Origin: Nitrospirota bacterium
GTDB taxonomy: Bacteria > Nitrospirota > UBA9217
NCBI GenBank assembly: GCA_963751455.1
Contig: CAVVUN010000015.1
Span: 1,024,001-1,088,000, forward strand
Reading direction: 5' to 3'
Length of the DNA: 64,000 nucleotides
A model generated the notes under the pieces. It did not search any database. It saw only the letters and a list, made by a program, of their open reading frames with translations, and was not told where the DNA came from. Shown here piece after piece: positions 1-11,527 of the stretch; within the stretch, counting starts at the first letter, position 1, and each line of letters starts with the position of its first letter. The translations under genes and the position numbers were made by a program.

Positions 1-1363
1 CACCAGGCGTTACGCGCTGAGTTCCCGGGCCAGCTACGGTAAAGAAGCGCCAATCAGTACCAAGATGGCGGTTTAGCGAGAACAGCAGCTGTTCCTGATG
101 GAACCGTTCGGGGTTGAAATAGCCGATCGTATCGGTCCGGCTGTCTCCAAAATAACGAGCCTTTAACTGAACGCTCAGCCCAAGACTCTCCGCAACCAGT
201 GCCCCGACTGAGGCGTTCCCTCCGATACGATTGTTTTCGTCACTGAAGGATTGACGGTAAGCTGATCCGGCAAGACTGAATCGGGTATTTGGTCGGTATT
301 CAATTGCGAATCCGGCGGTGTCCAGCCGGGTTCGGAGATCAATGGCGGCAAATGTTTCCACGGCCTCTCTGAGGATAAACGCCTCATACCGAAATTCGTC
401 ATCAGGCCGATAAACCCCGCTCGCCGACCACAGAACCGGGTGCCATTCATCATAGAATGCAGGTCCCATCTGGACGGAAAACCAGAATTTATCCTCGAGT
501 CTTGATGAGTAGCGCGCCAGGATGCTGTTCATTGCCAGCTGACGCGTCGGCGACTCCATTCCCTGGTGCTGTGCCGCGAAACTGAGCGTACCGGCGCGCG
601 ATAATCTTTTTCCCGCTGACAGTTCGGTTTTTCTGATGCGCAGATTGTCGCTGTCGCTGGTATATTCCGCGTGAAGGCTCAGCGGGTTCGCAGTTCCCGC
701 ATCCACTTCCTTACGGATGTCTTCCAACTCCTTGGCCATGCGTGTATCAGGCTCAACGGGAATCCCCTGATCAAGTAGCTCCGCGGCCTTGTCCGGCCAT
801 CCCGCCCACGACGCAGCTCGTGCCAGTTCTATTTTCTGGGCAGGCGATTGCACGAGGCCTCGCGATACGCTCCGATACGCCTTCATCGGCTTATTCTGAA
901 AGGAGAGGCTTCTCATGAGACCTGCCGAGGCGACCGCGTGATCCTCGTCATTCAGCGGCCGGGACAGCAGAATGCTGTAAATATTTTCAGCATCCCCGTA
1001 CTGCTCGAGCCACATCAACATTCTGGCGATGCCGAAGAGGGCAGTGCGTTTTTCGGTTTGGTCGTCGGCCAGCATGAGGGCCTCCCGAAAGTTCAAAAGC
1101 GCTTCTTCGGGCTGCTTCTCTATGGCTGATGCCTGAGCGACGCCGAAATATGCCTGGAAGGAAGGATTCTCGATGAGCAGGCGCTTGAAGGCAGTCAGCG
1201 CCGCTTTTGAATCCTGAGACCTTAACAGTGCTTGTGCCTGCTCGATCCGGCTCATGTAATCTTCAGTCGTTCCGCAGATTCCGGATACAGTCAAAGAAAC
1301 AAAGATTACTGCAAAAAAGAGCCATCCTTTGGCAACGGTCTGGAGGCGTGACGTTCTGTCCAT
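1..1363 (-). CDS. TPR-repeat plus outer-membrane beta-barrel protein, PgaA/BcsC-like export porin (runs off the window start)
   Basis: Not in the ORF track; translated by hand from ATG at 1363 (MDRTSRLQTVAKGWLFFAVIFVSLTVSGICG...), open to position 1. Signal peptide, TPR-like helices, then alternating beta-strand segments with GYFNP. Overlaps the 3' end of the GT2 gene. Confidence 0.7.
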   Translation of the reverse strand, partial: MDRTSRLQTVAKGWLFFAVIFVSLTVSGICGTTEDYMSRIEQAQALLRSQDSKAALTAFKRLLIENPSFQAYFGVAQASAIEKQPEEALLNFREALMLADDQTEKRTALFGIARMLMWLEQYGDAENIYSILLSRPLNDEDHAVASAGLMRSLSFQNKPMKAYRSVSRGLVQSPAQKIELARAASWAGWPDKAAELLDQGIPVEPDTRMAKELEDIRKEVDAGTANPLSLHAEYTSDSDNLRIRKTELSAGKRLSRAGTLSFAAQHQGMESPTRQLAMNSILARYSSRLEDKFWFSVQMGPAFYDEWHPVLWSASGVYRPDDEFRYEAFILREAVETFAAIDLRTRLDTAGFAIEYRPNTRFSLAGSAYRQSFSDENNRIGGNASVGALVAESLGLSVQLKARYFGDSRTDTIGYFNPERFHQEQLLFSLNRHLGTDWRFFTVAGPGTQRVTPG

Positions 1364-2658
1364 TTTGTACCCCATTGTTTTTTTAAAGACATGATTTCAG
1401 ACGCGTAACCTGCCACGCACGCAGGCACCATGACTATCTGGTAACAGAAAGCGTACCAGATAAATGCGACGAAATTTCGCCTCACTTTCAATCCGCGAGA
1501 CAGGAACATCCTCTGCTGAACATGAAACATAATATAATTGAGGAGAAGCGCAAGCGGCAGGACCGCGAGCGTGGTCGGTCCTGCGATAAAGTAGTGCCCG
1601 AAAAATGCCGCAACAAGCCCCGGGAGAAAAACAAACAGATAAACGACATCGAGTACGGGAAACAGGAGGTTCCAATAGATAAATAAAGTGCTTAATCGCG
1701 GGATGAGAAGCACGTGGGGGTGGGATTTAAACCCCTCGATCATTCCCCTGGACCATCGACGGCGCTGCTGGTAAAATATTCCGTATTTCGTTGGAACGGT
1801 TGTAAAGCAGACGGCGTCCTCTGCAAATCCTATCCTCCCCCCGCGTCTCAGAAGCGCCCAGGTAAGGACGATGTCCTCTCCTATTTTGTCCGGCCACCCG
1901 CCTGCTTCGAGAACCGCCTGTTTTCGAAACAGGGAAAACGCGCCCTGCGCCACCAGCGTGCCCTGGTAGAGACTTTGGATCCGTTTGGCGGAGGCAATGC
2001 CATGGAAATAATCCCATTCCTGCATGCGTGTGATCATGCTTTCACGTGAATTTCTCACCAGTACGGTCCCGGCCACTGCGACGGTATTCGTGGGGTCAGT
2101 AAGAAGCCGGCCGACGATCCGCTGGAGCGCCTGCTTATACAGATAGGTATCAGCGTCTATCGTTACGACGAGGTCATATGATGAAAGAGGGAGGCCACGG
2201 TTCAGCGCATTCGCCTTGCCGCCGTGATCAACTGCGATGACCCTTATACGGGGATCGGGGAACGAATTCAGAATGGTGAGCGTTCGGTCGGTCGAACCAT
2301 CGTCGACGACTATGATCTCGAGCTGGGCGGGATAATCCTGCTTTAGTACGGATTCAACGCATCCGCGTAGCTGCTCTTCTTCGTTATATGCTGCAATCAG
2401 CACCGTCAGGGGGGGATATTGCTCTAGAGGTTTCTGAGCGGGTCTGCGGTCCATGATGAGACTGAACAGGGTGAAAGCATACATGAACCCGGGAATCAGA
2501 GCGATAGTGAGAATAAGGAACACTGCCAGCTGCCTTGGGACGATCAGCGAAAGCTGGTTAATCCATGGTTGCGCCCAGGTAGCGCAAAAAAAGAACCAGA
2601 GTGCCGCAACGATCACGGTAATTATGAATTTCAAGCGAACCGGGAAATAGAGCTTCAT
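1306..2658 (-). CDS. Processive family 2 glycosyltransferase, PgaC/IcaA-like (poly-GlcNAc synthase-like)
   Basis: DDGS, DAD, GED and QRRRW motifs; N- and C-terminal TM helices. Confidence 0.85.
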   Translation of the reverse strand: MKLYFPVRLKFIITVIVAALWFFFCATWAQPWINQLSLIVPRQLAVFLILTIALIPGFMYAFTLFSLIMDRRPAQKPLEQYPPLTVLIAAYNEEEQLRGCVESVLKQDYPAQLEIIVVDDGSTDRTLTILNSFPDPRIRVIAVDHGGKANALNRGLPLSSYDLVVTIDADTYLYKQALQRIVGRLLTDPTNTVAVAGTVLVRNSRESMITRMQEWDYFHGIASAKRIQSLYQGTLVAQGAFSLFRKQAVLEAGGWPDKIGEDIVLTWALLRRGGRIGFAEDAVCFTTVPTKYGIFYQQRRRWSRGMIEGFKSHPHVLLIPRLSTLFIYWNLLFPVLDVVYLFVFLPGLVAAFFGHYFIAGPTTLAVLPLALLLNYIMFHVQQRMFLSRGLKVRRNFVAFIWYAFCYQIVMVPACVAGYASEIMSLKKQWGTKWTERHASRPLPKDGSFLQ

Positions 2659-3146
2659 TGTTGAACCTCCTGGATGGGACTACCCTGGTTCTACTACGGT
2701 TAAGGATGCCGAATAGGCTATTTTGGTTCGGCAGTGAGACGCATGAAAAGCGTATAATTTTGCGACGTTCTGTAAAGTAATCCGACAGCAATTTCGATGC
2801 CGTTGCCGGGAAGTTTAAGGTATCAATCACTTGCGCGTTTCTCCAACATCATCCCTGGTTGATAGTGTTTCTGAAGGAATCACTTGGTCTTGTACCGGCA
2901 TTCTATCTTTAAAATGATTGTCTCCTATGGAAGCAGTGGACTTCGTGGAAAATGATAAAATCAGTCGATTCTTGTGATATAGCAACCGCCTTGAAACCGC
3001 TTCATGATCCGGCGCATCGCGATAGTGGCTGTAACATCATGAACTGTTCTGTAACGGTGTCCCGGGTATTTAGTGATAAAGTAAAGATGGTTCTCTAAAA
3101 AAGTTTCATCCTATAAAGGAAGCTGCAGTGCTAAACAGTGCGTTTT

Positions 3147-4198
3147 ATGAAACATGAACTGAATAGTGTCGTTAGAATAGACGGTTCTTTCGGCGAGGGT
3201 GGCGGACAGATGCTCCGAACAGCGCTTTCGCTATCCTGTGTGCTCCAAAGGCCATTCGAGATCATCAATATCCGGAAAGACCGTAAGAAACCCGGACTGC
3301 AACCACAGCATCTGACAGCGGTCAAAGCGGCAGCTGCAATCAGCCAGGCCCGTGTAGAAGGGGCCGGATTGTCATCATCATACCTGCGGTTTTCGCCGGC
3401 AGCCGTCCTGAACGGAGAGTACCGCTTCGACGTCTCCGAAAAAAAAGGAGCGCAGGGAGCACCTCGCTCGTTCTGCAGACCGTAATGCTTCCGCTCTGTT
3501 TATCATCTGCGTTCTCCACGGTAACGGTAATCGGCGGTACACATGTGCCTTGGAGCCCGGCATTTCATTATTTAGAACAGGTCTTTTTACCTTTTTTGTC
3601 GGGCACAGGCGTGTCTGTCGATGTTACTCTTGACACATGGGGCTGGTATCCTCTCGGCGGCGGAAAAGTCAGAGCGGAAATACGCGTACTCAAACACATT
3701 AAACCTGTAAAGATTATGGAGAGGGGAGGGCTGAAACGAGTTATCGGAATATCCGCTACCTCGAACCTTCCGAAGGAAATAGGCATTCGGCAGTACAACA
3801 GAACGCTCTCCAACTTGTCGCAAAGAGGAATTGCTGCCGATGTTCGGTTGCCGTACGCACCTTCATCGGGTAAAGGCACTCTGGTCTTTCTTTGTGCCGG
3901 ATTCCAGAACCTGAATGCCGGATTTTTCAGCCTTGGCGCTCCGGGAAAGCGGGCTGAAACAGTTGCTGACGAGGCATGCTCTTACCTGTTTGACTACCTC
4001 GATTCAGATGGAGCGCTTGATCCTCATCTTGCTGACCAGGTTATTCCGTATCTGGCGCTTGCCGGGTCTTCTGAGTTCAGTACAACCAATGTTACCGGTC
4101 ATCTGATTACGAACATCCAGATAGTTAAAGAGTTTTTAAAAATAAACATAGCGATTGAAGGAAAGGAAGGAGAACCAGGTATTATTCGAATCGGGTAA
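3147..4198 (+). CDS. rtcA: RNA 3'-terminal phosphate cyclase (frameshift at the poly-A run near 3440-3460)
   Basis: [53 protein letters not shown] and catalytic TGHLITN; split over two ORFs. Confidence 0.9.
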
Positions 4199-4368
4199 GT
4201 CAACGTTTAGACCGGCTGAGAGGTCTCGAATTGGGGTTTAACCATAAGAGCTTGAACAACATAAAATTGCAACTTCAGATTGCTTTTTGGTATTTAATAC
4301 GATAGGATCAATAATTATTTGCGATATGGCATTTATTTATGATGTCGAAATAAAGAAAGGAGATATGA

Positions 4369-4824
4369 ATGGATAACCAAAATGAAAAGCATATGTACGA
4401 TTCCGCAAACGCGTATTACCGGGGAGCTACCATCCTTATGAAGCAGACAACCGCAGCCGATCCCTCTCAACACTTGGTGCAGCCCGCAGTGACCTGCGCG
4501 TCTTTGTCGTTGAAATTATATCTTAAGTGTCTTCTGGCGCTGGAACAGAAAGACAGGGAGGATTCGATTTATAATATTGCGGAGTTGTATCAAAATCTGA
4601 ATGATGAGAAGAAAAAGCTGATTCTAGCAAAATTCGATGAATTCTCCAATACCCAGCTTTCGTCAGAGGAATTGTTAAAGCACCTCTCTTCCCTTGACAA
4701 TGCCTTTAAAAAATGGCGGTATATTCACGAAGAAGATGCTCGAAGCGTCAATCTTGAAGATTTGGAAGAAATGATTCTGGCAGCGAAGGCGACCATTACT
4801 ATGTCAAAGCCCGACTGGGAATAG
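4369..4824 (+). CDS. HEPN-like domain protein, apparently degenerate
   Basis: P..TCASLSLKLYLKC...AFKKWRYIHE matches the HEPN pattern (ELYLK...GH.L..LF...F..WRY) with E->K and GH->YN substitutions; good RBS. Confidence 0.6.
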   Translation: MDNQNEKHMYDSANAYYRGATILMKQTTAADPSQHLVQPAVTCASLSLKLYLKCLLALEQKDREDSIYNIAELYQNLNDEKKKLILAKFDEFSNTQLSSEELLKHLSSLDNAFKKWRYIHEEDARSVNLEDLEEMILAAKATITMSKPDWE

Positions 4825-4872
4825 AGTATGACACTGTTTGTGTCAATATTTTCAACGAACGGAGGAAAGGAT

Positions 4873-5274
4873 TCAGCCTGTCCGGGCACTGCTTTTTTTC
4901 ACCTGTTTCGCGATTTGGACGCTGATTTCATAGCCGATACTTGCATGCCCCGGCGGGACCGTCATTCCATTGCAGCAGAGCTTTCCCTTTATAACTCTTT
5001 TGTTGCTCCTGATCATGTCTGCAACGATCGCTGTAAGATCGAATTCGCCGTCTTTACACTCATCCCGCATGCAATCCATATGAAAATAGGCATAGTCCTG
5101 AGGCAGGAAATGAAGCGTGCGAATCATAAGGATCGGCCTGGAACTTCGCTGATAGTACGTAAGACGAAAGACAATTTCGGAAACTCCGGGATACAGCTCC
5201 GAAACAAGGCCGGCTTCGGCATGTTTTTTTTTCAATAACTCCTGTCTTTCCTGATGATTTTGCCCGTATATCAT
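4873..5274 (-). CDS. Hypothetical Cys-containing protein (possible metal binding)
   Basis: 133-aa ORF with C-x4-C and CC motifs and an RBS-like sequence upstream. Confidence 0.55.
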   Translation of the reverse strand: MIYGQNHQERQELLKKKHAEAGLVSELYPGVSEIVFRLTYYQRSSRPILMIRTLHFLPQDYAYFHMDCMRDECKDGEFDLTAIVADMIRSNKRVIKGKLCCNGMTVPPGHASIGYEISVQIAKQVKKSSARTG

Positions 5275-5515
5275 ATCTCTTTTGAACTCCCGAAATAAGC
5301 TGTTTTATGAAGCTGTTTAAAAGAATCGCACTATTACAACGATAAGTCAATATCTCCTTTGTTGCAATTTCCAAGCATCTGGGCGAAGAGGTACCGGACG
5401 CTCGTAAATCTTATTTGGACAATACAGCGTTTGTCGCAGTTCCAATAAGACCCGGTTTTCGCAATTGCAAATGCAGAAGATTTCGGGTATCGTGTAATCA
5501 ACCCGCACGAATATC

Positions 5516-6823
5516 ATGAAGCCCCGCATACTTCTCGTTAATCCCTGGATCCACGACTTTGCTGCCTTTAATCTTTGGGCGCGCCCGCTCGGTTTGCTCA
5601 AAATCGCCGAGCACCTAAGTCAGTTTGACGTTGAGCTCCTGTTTATCGACTGCACGGATTGCTTCGAGCCCAACCTGTATGGCATCGGAAAGTATAGGTC
5701 CCGAGATAATCAAAAAACCGGAAATAGTAGGGAACGTTCCGCGCCATTTCAAAAGATACGGGATGAGTGTAGATGAATTCAAGGCCTGTCTTCTTTCCTG
5801 CGTGCCTTTGGACCTCATACTTGTGACCTCCGTCATGACGTACTGGTATACCGGCGTACAGGAGACTGTTCGGCACATTCGGGAGTCGGCAGGCTCGGTC
5901 CCGATCATGTTAGGGGGTATTTATCCGACAATCTATCCGGAACACGCATCGAAAAATTCCGGCGCTGACCGTACCTGGGTGGGGCCTCTTGACGATCGGA
6001 TTCATCAGGCTTTGGGAGACTTCGGTCTTGCCCTTTCTCCTGTCCGGCGGCCTCAAAGCTTTGCAGCAATGAATCTCTATTCCCGTCAGCCGTTTGCACC
6101 GCTTCTTACTTCAACGGGATGTCCGTATCACTGCTCCTACTGCGCATCGGGATCATTACACCCTGCATACCGGCGAACACCGGTCACTGATGTCATAGAG
6201 GAAATCGCTGAACTCGCGGGCAGGGGGGTAAAGGATTTCGCTTTTTACGACGATGCGCTGCTGTACGATTCTGGCAATCACATAAAGCCGCTGCTCGAAG
6301 AGATTATCAGACAAGGACTTGTTGTCAGGCTCCATGCGCCCAACGGGCTGCATGCCCGTTATATTAATGATGAACTGGCGGGACTCATGCGGGATGCGGG
6401 GTTCAGGACGATTCGTTTGAGCCTCGAGACAGTTGATCCCGAAAGACAGGAGATGACCGGCGGAAAAGTATTTACGAGCGACCTTGAGGCGTCGGTTAGG
6501 CATCTGCAGAAGCACGGGCTTTACCAAAGACCAAACGGGGTTTACCTGTTATACGGTCTTCCCGGCCAGGGACTTGAGGAAGTCAGAGAGGGAATCCAAT
6601 TTTTGAAACGCCTTCCCGTACGGATTTTTCTTGCCGAGTTTTCGCCGATCAAGGGGCACGGGGTGCTGGGACGACCTTGTTAAGAGGCAGTATCATCCCC
6701 GCGGATCTCGACCCGCTCTTGACGAACAATACGATATTTTCGTTTCTCTATTCACGGTATAACCAGGCAGAAGTCAAACAGATGAAGATCGATGTAGATG
6801 GATATAACTCTACAAAGCGATGA
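5516..6823 (+). CDS. B12-binding domain radical SAM protein (frameshifts near 5700 and 6660)
   Basis: N-terminal ILLVNPWIHDFAAFNLWARPLGLL, LGGIYPT, and CPYHCSYC (CxxxCxxC); C-terminus DLDPLLTNNT in another frame, ending at TGA 6823. Confidence 0.85.
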
Positions 6824-6869
6824 CATTTCGACACTAAGTTCACTCGAAACATACGTGAAAGGAAACGAG

Positions 6870-8079
6870 ATGCAGAATTCGCGGCATGGATGTAGCGCTT
6901 CTCTTCAGCGCCAGAACGATAAGGCTTTTTGCTTACGGCGGGCTCTCGGTCATCCTCGCGCTGTATCTTCATGAAACGGGTCTCAGCGAGCCGAGATCGG
7001 CCTGCTTTTTACGCTGACATTGGCAGGCGACGCCGGAGATTTCGCTCTGGATCACGACCATTGCGGATAGGGTCGGCAGGAGGCGCATGCTCCTTCTTGG
7101 CGCGGCGTCTTATGATAATGGCGGGGATTGTGTTTAGCCTGACCGGAAATCCCGTGCTTCTTATGATAGCGGCCATTATCGGCGTGATAAGCCCGAGCGG
7201 AAACGAGATCGGCCCTTTTCTCTCGCTCGAGCAGGCGGCCCTTTCTCAACTTTTGCCTTCCGAACGGCGGACCCGTATATTTGCCTGGTACAATCTGGCC
7301 GGGTCCCTTGCCGCGGCCGCAGGGGCGCTTGCAGGCGGCTTTCTGTCTCGCGGTTTCATGCAAGCAGGTTTTACTGAGCTTGGATCATATCGGGCGGTCA
7401 TCCTCGGTTACGCCGCATGCGGGGTTGTGCTGCTGGTTCTTTTTCTATTTCTGTCTCAGCGGTGGAAACAGCGAGTACAATCAGGGATGACAAACTTTTT
7501 CTCGGTCTTCACAGGTCCAGAAGAGTTGTAATGAAACTGAGCGCGTTGTTCGCGCTCGACGCATTTGCGGGCGGTTTCATAATCCAGAGCATGGTGGCTT
7601 ACTGGTTCCATGTGAAGTTCGGTCTCGACGCAGGACTTCTCGGAAGCATCTTTTTCGGCGCGAATATACTGGCCGGGCTGTCCGCACTCCTCGCTGCACG
7701 TCTTGCTTCCCGGATCGGTCTTATCAATACCATGGTCTTTACCCATATACCCTCGAACGTGCTTCTCTGCCTGGTGCCGTTCATGCCCACCCTCGGATGG
7801 GCGGTTGCGGTTTTGCTTCTGCGTTTCAGCATATCACAGATGGATGTTCCCACGCGGCAATCATACACCATGGCCGTTGTTTCTCCTGATGAGCGGTCCG
7901 CTGCATCCGGTGTTACTACAATTGCACGTTCCGTTGGTGCTGCAATTTCACCATCCCTGGCCGGGATACTTCTCGCTTATCCGGCACTGATAAGCGCTCC
8001 GTTTCTGGTTGCCGGCGGGCTCAAGATCGTATACGATCTTCTCTTGTACAGAAGTTTCCGGAAAGCGGACGTGCGATAA
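6870..8079 (+). CDS. MFS transporter (several frameshifts)
   Basis: RTIRLFAYGGLSVILALYL, ADRVGRR, GVISPSGNEIGPF, SQMDVPTRQSY; multiple TM helices spread over frames. Confidence 0.85.
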
Positions 8080-8086
8080 TTTCGCC

Positions 8087-8115
8087 TTGACTCTTGTCCG
8101 GCCTTGCGTGATAAT
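8087..8115 (+). promoter_or_regulatory. Putative sigma70 promoter of the transketolase-RLP operon
   Basis: TTGACT-N17-GATAAT. Confidence 0.45.
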
Positions 8116-8222
8116 CGGCTGCATGCAAAACCTTAATCAGGTGATTATTTTAGCCACGGATGCGCACCGATAAACACTGTTTATTCATGAGCACCGTTCA
8201 TCATTTTCTCGTTTCGAGGATC

Positions 8223-9214
8223 ATGATCGGCTAACAGCCGTAGGTATAAACTATTCAGAAAAGAGAATTCAAAACAAGCCATGGCAGGACGAGGTCCGAA
8301 GGGTCGCAGCGGGTATCCGCAGACGTGTGCTCGAGCATACCATAAATAATAACGGAGGATATCTCAGCCAGGCCTGTTCCGTCAGCGGAAATCCTGTCGA
8401 CTCTATACGTATCGATCATGAATCTGGGAAAAATAGATACGCCGCTCGTACCAAAGCCGTTTCCCGGCGTCCCCGGCCCTCGGAATTCCGGCTATTTTAC
8501 GGGCGGTTTCTTTAACGGTCCGGTTGAACCGGATTTTGATCGTTTTTTTCTCTCCCCGGCGCAATATGCGCTGGTGCTCTATGCCGCCCTGATAGAGACG
8601 GGCAGGATGGCTGAAGAAGGGCTTCTTCAGTTTAACAGGGACGGAAGTTCGGTGGAAATGATCGGCGCTGAGCATTCACCGGGAATGGAATCGATGACCG
8701 GTTCTCTCGGGCAGGGTATAAGTCAGGCCGCGGGTACCGCGCTTGCACGCAAGAAGAAGGGGGAGAGCGGAAGAGTTATTATCTTCATGTCGGACGGCGA
8801 ATTCCAGATCGGCCAGACCTGGGAGGCGCTCCAGACAATGTCCTTTCACAAACTGGATAATGTAATCATCTATGTTGACGTGAACGGCTTTCAATGTGAC
8901 GGAAAGATGTCGGCCGTCATGAATATCGAGCCCCTGGACAAGCGGCTCGAATCGTTCGGCGCCCGCGTCGTCCGACTTGACGGCCACGATATCGAACGCT
9001 TGGCCAAACCGGAAAGATTACCCCCGATGGCCGCCCCCTGGTTGTCGTAGCGGATACCGATGCGGCGCACGGTCTGAATGTACTGAAGGCGCGAGCGCCG
9101 AAAATGCATTACGTGCGGTTTACGAACCAGGAGGAGAAGGGCCTCTATGCAGCCGCGTTCGCTGAATTACGGGGGACGGAACAGGTGCCCGCACAAACCG
9201 TAGAAGAAGACTGA
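8223..9214 (+). CDS. Transketolase-like TPP enzyme, N-terminal (TPP-binding) part; frameshifted and probably fused to the C-terminal part
   Basis: TGSLGQGIS, SDGEFQIGQTWEA...DVN TPP motif, DGHD, PKMHY; start approximate. Confidence 0.8.
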
Positions 9215-9251
9215 AGGGAAAAAGCATCAAGGTCCGCAAATCGTAACCAGA

Positions 9252-10240
9252 GTGCATGCAAAAAACCTCGTTCGATGGGCCGCGGATAAACCGAACGTCC
9301 TCGTTCTCTCTGCCGATCTCACGAGCTCTACCGAGATCGACCTTTTTCGTGAGACGTATCCCGACAGGTTTCTTTCCATGGGTATCGCCGAGCAGAATAT
9401 GCTGAGCTTTGCGGGCGGACTGGCAAGAGAGGGTTTCCTGCCGTTTGTCCATACCTTCGCGGTGTTCATCTACAGGCGCGCCTTTGACCAGATAGCCATG
9501 TCCGTTGCCTATCCAAACCTCCGGTACGGATGATCGGTTTTCTTCCCGGCATTACCACGCCGGGAGGCGCGACCCATCAGGCCATTGAAGACATTGCGGT
9601 CATGCGATCGCTCCCGAACATGACTGTCCTGGAATGCGGGGATGCAACCGAGGTTGAGACCGTGCTGGACGTGATCGAGAGGATTGACGGTCCCGTATAT
9701 GTGCGGATGCTTCGCGGCGAGATCCCCCGACTTGTCCTCATCGGAACCAATGGTGCTCCATAAGCCAAGGGTGCTGTCCGAAGGGAGGGAGATCGTTGTG
9801 CTTTCGAGCGGCATCATGACCGAAGAGGCAATGCGGGCGGTTGAGGCACTGAAACGGCGCGGTGTCTCGATTCAACACATGCATATCTCGACGCTAAAGC
9901 CGTTTAACGATCAGCCGATATGGACGCTGTCGCCGGTCGCGCTTCGGCGCTGATCACGATGGAAAATCATACGATCGTCGGAGGACTGGGGCAGCATCAT
10001 TGCGGAAAAGATGGCCGAAGCAAGGGAGTGGCGAAAAAGCTTGTTCAGAGTCGGTCTCCGCGATACTTTCAGCCACGGGGCCAGTAAACAGTATCTCATG
10101 AAGGAGCACCGGATGGATGCGACTTCACTTATCAAGAAGTGGAATTACTGATCGGCCAGAGGCTTGGTATTTCCGAAGATGAACTGGCGCAGACGCATGT
10201 CACTGCCGTACATAGTATGGCAAAAGCCGAGGCGCTGTAG
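9252..10240 (+). CDS. Transketolase-like enzyme, pyrimidine-binding and C-terminal part (frameshifted)
   Basis: LSADLTSS, MGIAEQNM, GATHQAIED, STLKPF, ENH...GGLG; ends MAKAEAL* at 10240. Confidence 0.85.
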
Positions 10241-10371
10241 CTCAATGTACCCTGCTCTTGCGAAAGCGCGGGCATAAACCACTTGCAGAATTCGGACAGC
10301 GCGGCTGCACGGTCTTAACCTGTTCTTGTTTTATTGTGCCTTTGTGCTTCCGCGGTAAAGGTTTTGAATCC

Positions 10372-11527
10372 ATGATCATCCAAAACACCTGCACTGCTGA
10401 AACTCTCTTTTCAAACGAACGTTTTTCCGTAACGTACCGTTTATTCGGAAACGAGAAGGAAGCACGCACAAAAGCCGCGGACATCTGCATCGAGCAGACA
10501 GTCGAATTTCCGGCGGAAGAGGTGCCGGCAGGGGTCATCAGGGACCACATTTTCGGAAGAGTAGAATCGTTCGAAAAATACGATCCGGAAAGTTATAAAG
10601 CCGTTATCAGCTATGCAGTTGAGATTGCAGCCGGCGAGTTGACCCAATTTATGAACGTGGTGTTCGGAAACAGCAGCATAAAGCCGGGTATCCGCGTGGA
10701 GCATCTTGATCTGCCCGATTCGATGCTTCGCCGATTCAAAGGACCCCGCTTTGGCAGAGAGGGGCTGCGGCGATTACTCAATATACCGAAGCGGCCGCTC
10801 CTTTCAACCGCTCTCAAGCCGATGGGACTTTCGTGCAGGGAACTTGCAGAACTGGCATACAAGTTCGCACTCGGCGGGATGGACATCATCAAGGATGATC
10901 ACGGGCTGACTGACCAATGCTGTTCACCCTTTAAGGAACGCGTCAAGCTCTGCAGCCGAGGCCGTTCAGCGGGCGAGTGAGGAAACCGGATATAGATCAC
11001 TATATGTAGCAAACATAACCGGGCCGAGCCGGGAATACTGCAGCGTGCGAGGATCGCAAGGGAGTCTGGAGCGGGCGGCCTCATGGTTGCGCCGGGACTG
11101 ATCGGTATGGACCTTATGCGCGAAGCTTGTGGACGACGACACAATCAACCTGCCCATCCTGACCCATCCGGCTCTCCAGGGAAGCTTTGTGACCGGCCGG
11201 AACGGCATATCGCATGGTGTTCTCTTCGGTCAGCTTGCCCGCCTGGCAGGAGCGGATGTCACGATTTTTCCTAACTTCGGCGGCAGGTTTTCGTTCAGTA
11301 GGGAGGAATGCAGGGAAATTGTGCTGGCAACGGAATCTTCCATGGGAAATCTGAAATCTATCTTCCCCGCGCCCGGCGGCGGTATGAGCCTTGAGAGAGT
11401 CCCGGAAATGATCGGCACTTACGGTAAGGAAGTGATATTCCTGATAGGCGGCGGGCTTTTCAAGCACGGGCCGGATTTGATCGAGAACTGCAGCTTCTTC
11501 AGGAAGATGATGGATAAAATTAATTAA
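10372..11527 (+). CDS. RuBisCO-like protein (form IV, KDDH type), frameshifted
   Basis: IEQTVEFP, GPRFG, STALKPMGLS, DIIKDDHG, HPAL, FPNFGGRF, PAPGGG, LIGGGL. Confidence 0.9.

Noticed and set aside
2660-2760. c-di-GMP riboswitch upstream of the GT2 gene
   Set aside because: Only one hairpin (TGCCGAA...TTCGGCA) is visible, without the GEMM consensus motifs.
3138-11527. Many split genes (rtcA, radical SAM, MFS, transketolase, RLP; also GT9 and several cassettes) as pseudogenes or programmed frameshifts
   Set aside because: The breaks are single-base indels, often at homopolymers, clustered regionally with motifs intact. This fits long-read error best; read-level checking is needed.
10372-11527. 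Bona fide CO2-fixing RuBisCO
   Set aside because: KDDH motif, short length, and no small subunit or phosphoribulokinase nearby indicate a form IV RLP.
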